Assembly: GCA_020443425.1 (NCBI GenBank)
Contig: JAGRIE010000014.1
Span: 12,119-76,118, forward strand
Origin: Halioglobus sp.
GTDB lineage: Bacteria > Pseudomonadota > Gammaproteobacteria > Pseudomonadales > Halieaceae
Direction: 5' to 3'
Length of the DNA stretch: 64,000 nucleotides
The notes under the pieces were generated by a model. It saw only the letters and a list, made by a program, of their open reading frames with translations, did not search any database and was not told the DNA's origin. Below, one piece after another: positions 60,891-64,000 of this stretch. The position numbers and the translations under genes were made by a program. How positions within the stretch are numbered: position 1 is the stretch's first letter; every line of letters begins with the position of its first letter.

Positions 60891-61208
60891 ATGAAAAAAA
60901 TCATCGTAGAAAGCTGGGATGCGGTAATGGACAATCGCCGCAACCCCCTCAGGCACCTGGATTTGGCGTCGCAACACTACTTCATGCAGGTACTCGGATG
61001 GATGTGGAGCATGGTGTTCAGTTTGTCATTCCTGTCGATTTTCCAGTTCGGCTATATGTGGTTGGCGCACCTGCTGGTGATAGCCGGTATCTGTATGACG
61101 GTCGCGGTATTCAGGGAGGCTGAGAAGCAGGCCCTGAATGCAGTGCCGTCACCGGCCGCGTTTGGCAATTCGTCCCGCTGTGTCTGGCAGCTCGACAGGG
61201 AAGCCTGA
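60891..61208 (+). CDS. Small conserved membrane protein of marine bacteria, function unknown
   Basis: RBS AAGGGAG; W..VMD...NPLRHLD...HY.MQVLGWMWSMVFS; two hydrophobic segments. Confidence 0.8.
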   Translation: MKKIIVESWDAVMDNRRNPLRHLDLASQHYFMQVLGWMWSMVFSLSFLSIFQFGYMWLAHLLVIAGICMTVAVFREAEKQALNAVPSPAAFGNSSRCVWQLDREA

Positions 61209-61218
61209 CGGGCGCTGA

Positions 61219-61857
61219 ATGACAATGCAACTGGACAGTGATGCCCTCGCCGGGATGGCGCCGCGTACAAGAGCGGCGCTGGTAAATTCGATCAGTGGTT
61301 TCAAGTCAGCCAACCTGATTGGCACGGCTAGTGCGTCCGGCGAGACCAATCTCGCGATTATGAGCTCCGTGGTGCACCTGGGCTCCCACCCACCGCTGTT
61401 GGCGCTGGTGGTGCGCCCCGGCGGTGAGGAGAGGCACACCCTGTCGAATATACTGGCGACCCAGAGCTATACCATCAACCATGTGAACACGGCCATTATC
61501 GAAGCGGCGCACCAGACCGCCGCCAGATACCCGCAACAGGTCTCTGAATTCGACGCCACCGGCCTCACCCCTGAATGGGTGGCAGGGCTGGGCGCGCCGC
61601 TGGTGGCAGAAGCGAACGTGAAGCTGGGCATGCGGCTGCGTGAACACCAGCCACTGGCGATCAACGGTACTCACCTCGTCATCGGGGAAGTTGTTGTTGC
61701 AATCTTTCCCGAGGAGAGCTTGTTGAGCGATGGCGCTCTCGACCTCAGCGCCTGCTCAACCACAGCGCTTTCAGGGCTGGATGCCTACCACCAGGCAGTA
61801 CCCCTGAAACGGATGGCCTACGCCAAGCCTGAGCTGCCGCCGCGATTGCTGGGTTAG
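61219..61857 (+). CDS. Flavin reductase family protein (DIM6/NTAB, FMN-binding split barrel)
   Basis: RAALVNSISGFKSANLIGT...NLAIMSSVVHLGS.PPL; YTINHV; AHQTAARYP; SEFDATGLT. Confidence 0.9.
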   Translation: MTMQLDSDALAGMAPRTRAALVNSISGFKSANLIGTASASGETNLAIMSSVVHLGSHPPLLALVVRPGGEERHTLSNILATQSYTINHVNTAIIEAAHQTAARYPQQVSEFDATGLTPEWVAGLGAPLVAEANVKLGMRLREHQPLAINGTHLVIGEVVVAIFPEESLLSDGALDLSACSTTALSGLDAYHQAVPLKRMAYAKPELPPRLLG

Positions 61858-61893
61858 CGGAGCTTGTGGTGGAAGGGCGAGCGGTGCACGGGC

Positions 61894-63978
61894 TCAGTAG
61901 AAGCGCACCAGCGTCACGGCCAGCCAGGTGGACATGAGTACCGGCCAGAACAACAGTTTCAAAGTCAGGTTGTCCCCGAACTCAAACAGCCGCCATTTGA
62001 CACCGCGCAACAGCATGGCGAGGACAATCGCCTCCAGGGTGATGAATACATACATCGAAAAATAGAACATCTCGATGTAGGCAATCTCCGGCGTCATAAT
62101 GCGGTTGCGCTCATTGACGTGTGCCAGCAACAGAATGAACAGAAAGCCCGCGGAGCTCTGTATCACATTCATGGTGGTCATGCCCGAGCGGCCTTCCTCC
62201 CTGCCCGACGATATGAACAACACGATAAACATGATCAGCGCGACTATCAGGATAGGGATGATATTGGCGATGAACGGGCTCAGCCAGATGCGCTTCATCA
62301 CCATGTCGAAGCCGAGGGCGACGTGGTTCCTGATCCGCATGTCGGCACCGAAATTGGTCTTGTAATCGATGTTCCTGAATGTGAAGAACGTTGAAATGGT
62401 ATCCGAGGAGGGGACGGAGACATTTTTGTTCAGGCCCGGTCGTACCGATGGATTGAGGATGTCATAGCTCTCAAGATCCGGCACTAGCAGGATGTGCTGG
62501 TTGAAGTCGGGGTAGAGCACCGTGATGCGGATATCGTTCTGCTCAAACGGGAACTGCTGGTAACTGAAACTCTGCTCCAGTGTTGCGCGGAACGCCCATG
62601 TGACCAGTATGTAGTCGTCATGCGGTATCTCGGAGATCAGTTCACTGCTGACGCCGCGTGTCTCCAGCGCCGAGACATCGGGAAAGTAAAAAGCCGGTGG
62701 TGCGGTGTCGTACAGCGCTTTCGGGTACTTCATCCACAGCCGGCCGATGACACTGGCCTCGAACGAACTGAGCTCATAGGATTCTATGAAAATACCCGTA
62801 GGCACCCGGTTGTAGGCGCTGCCATTGAGTTTGCGCAGCTCCCGATCGTACTGGTCGGCGTATTTGTTCATGATCGTCTGGTTGACGATGCGTTCATTGT
62901 CATTGTCGAGCAGTGAAAAGTCGGTCGCCAGGTTGAGGTACCAGACCACGACAATGTTGCCTGCTGCAATAATCGATACCGCAAATACCAGCCACCACAG
63001 CCGGCGCGCGTTAAAACGATCGACGCGCAGCGCCAGCAGCAGTACTGCCACCAGGGCCAGGCTGGCTCCGAGTGTGATGTGGATCAGCTTGCGGCGGCCC
63101 TCGTCGGAAGCACCGAGCAGATCGTCCTCGGCAAAAACCAGTACACTTTTCCAGCCAGTCGATTCCAGCTCGCGGAAGAAAAACCAGGAGTACTTGTAGG
63201 TGTAGGTGCTGTCGTAGGCGACTATTCCCTGGGGCAGCGTCCGCAGCTGCTCCACGATGGCCTCGTCCTTGCCGTCCTTGAGCTGGTAAATATTCTCCAG
63301 CAGATACTCTGAATCGGGGTGTGTCAGAATGGCGCCATCGGCGTCATAGGTAAAGCCATAGCCGGCGTCGCCGACGCTGAGTGCTTCCACGGTGCGGGTA
63401 AAATCGCTGAGTGCGATCGAGTAGTCCACCACGCCAATCACATCGCCCCTGGTATTTCTCAGCGGTGTGCTGTAATCGACCATCATCGCCCTGGCAGCTT
63501 CGCCGTAATAGGGCGCTGACCAGCCGGGGCTGCCTGTCGCCACTGTGCGGGTGTACCACGCTGCTGTTTCCCGGCTGGGTTCGGTGTAGTCGTAGCTGTC
63601 CTCGACGAACTGGAACCTGTTCAGGCTTTTGTTGAAGAAAGGGGCGTATAGCGGTTTGCCCAGAAACGCGTCCGGCTCGTAGGCCACGGTGACACCCAGC
63701 ACCAGTGGAAAGCGCTTGCTCTCCTGCCGGATGCTGCGGAGCAGGTCTTTTTCGGTGTCGATGCCGGCGATATCGGCGGCGTATTCACCCGCCCGGTCGG
63801 CAATCGCGGCGAGTTGGGCGTCCAGTGCCTCGGCGACGCGGTGGCCGGCCTCCTCACCCAGGCGGATACTCTGCTCCCTGCGTTCCTGGGTGTAGTGCAG
63901 GTAGTCCACGACAAGGTAGGTGGTGAGTGCGAGGCTGGCCAGTAGCAGCGCGGTGTACAGTAGCTTCAATTTGCGCAC
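61894..63978 (-). CDS. Cache-domain-fused pentameric ligand-gated ion channel (Pro-loop receptor) subunit
   Basis: TM, dCache_1-like domain, 2 TM, LBD with FPFE Pro-loop, then 4 TM. GTG at 63978; no in-frame stop upstream within the window, so the start is not certain. Confidence 0.85.
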   Translation of the reverse strand: MRKLKLLYTALLLASLALTTYLVVDYLHYTQERREQSIRLGEEAGHRVAEALDAQLAAIADRAGEYAADIAGIDTEKDLLRSIRQESKRFPLVLGVTVAYEPDAFLGKPLYAPFFNKSLNRFQFVEDSYDYTEPSRETAAWYTRTVATGSPGWSAPYYGEAARAMMVDYSTPLRNTRGDVIGVVDYSIALSDFTRTVEALSVGDAGYGFTYDADGAILTHPDSEYLLENIYQLKDGKDEAIVEQLRTLPQGIVAYDSTYTYKYSWFFFRELESTGWKSVLVFAEDDLLGASDEGRRKLIHITLGASLALVAVLLLALRVDRFNARRLWWLVFAVSIIAAGNIVVVWYLNLATDFSLLDNDNERIVNQTIMNKYADQYDRELRKLNGSAYNRVPTGIFIESYELSSFEASVIGRLWMKYPKALYDTAPPAFYFPDVSALETRGVSSELISEIPHDDYILVTWAFRATLEQSFSYQQFPFEQNDIRITVLYPDFNQHILLVPDLESYDILNPSVRPGLNKNVSVPSSDTISTFFTFRNIDYKTNFGADMRIRNHVALGFDMVMKRIWLSPFIANIIPILIVALIMFIVLFISSGREEGRSGMTTMNVIQSSAGFLFILLLAHVNERNRIMTPEIAYIEMFYFSMYVFITLEAIVLAMLLRGVKWRLFEFGDNLTLKLLFWPVLMSTWLAVTLVRFY

Positions 63979-64000
63979 GTTACAGCCCCGAACATCATTC

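Overview
A ~62% GC gammaproteobacterial chromosome segment. Gene content and synteny (rplQ-uvrA-MFS-ssb, fabAB, ispB-rplU-rpmA-obgE-proB, many lipid catabolic genes, a PEP-CTERM protein) suggest a marine Cellvibrionales member such as Halieaceae (OM60/NOR5); this taxonomic call is an inference. About 1-20 kb is housekeeping. About 20-41 kb is lipid/steroid-type catabolism and cofactor genes: a 3-alpha-HSD-like SDR, an aldehyde dehydrogenase, hemH, a PEP-CTERM GDSL esterase, an ACAD-GST-ACAD-ACAD-COQ8-like-COQ8-like operon, and WS/DGAT. About 41-64 kb is accessory and rich in exported proteins. No rRNA, tRNA, CRISPR array, transposase or integrase was found. The strongest leads are: (1) a Cache-domain pentameric ligand-gated ion channel (61894-63978); (2) a candidate ribosome-dependent attenuator (35-aa uORF, antiterminator, terminator) in front of an uncharacterised MFS transporter; (3) a divergent two-component system whose palindromic site recurs upstream of a 1616-aa surface lipoprotein carrying 13 GxDGxWFTxDD repeats; (4) tandem M19/ceramide-deacylase-like lipoproteins; (5) tandem COQ8-like ATPases in an acyl-CoA dehydrogenase operon; (6) an RpoE/ChrR-type promoter driving a small membrane protein and a flavin reductase. 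All family assignments come from motifs read by eye and recalled family knowledge; no database searches were run.
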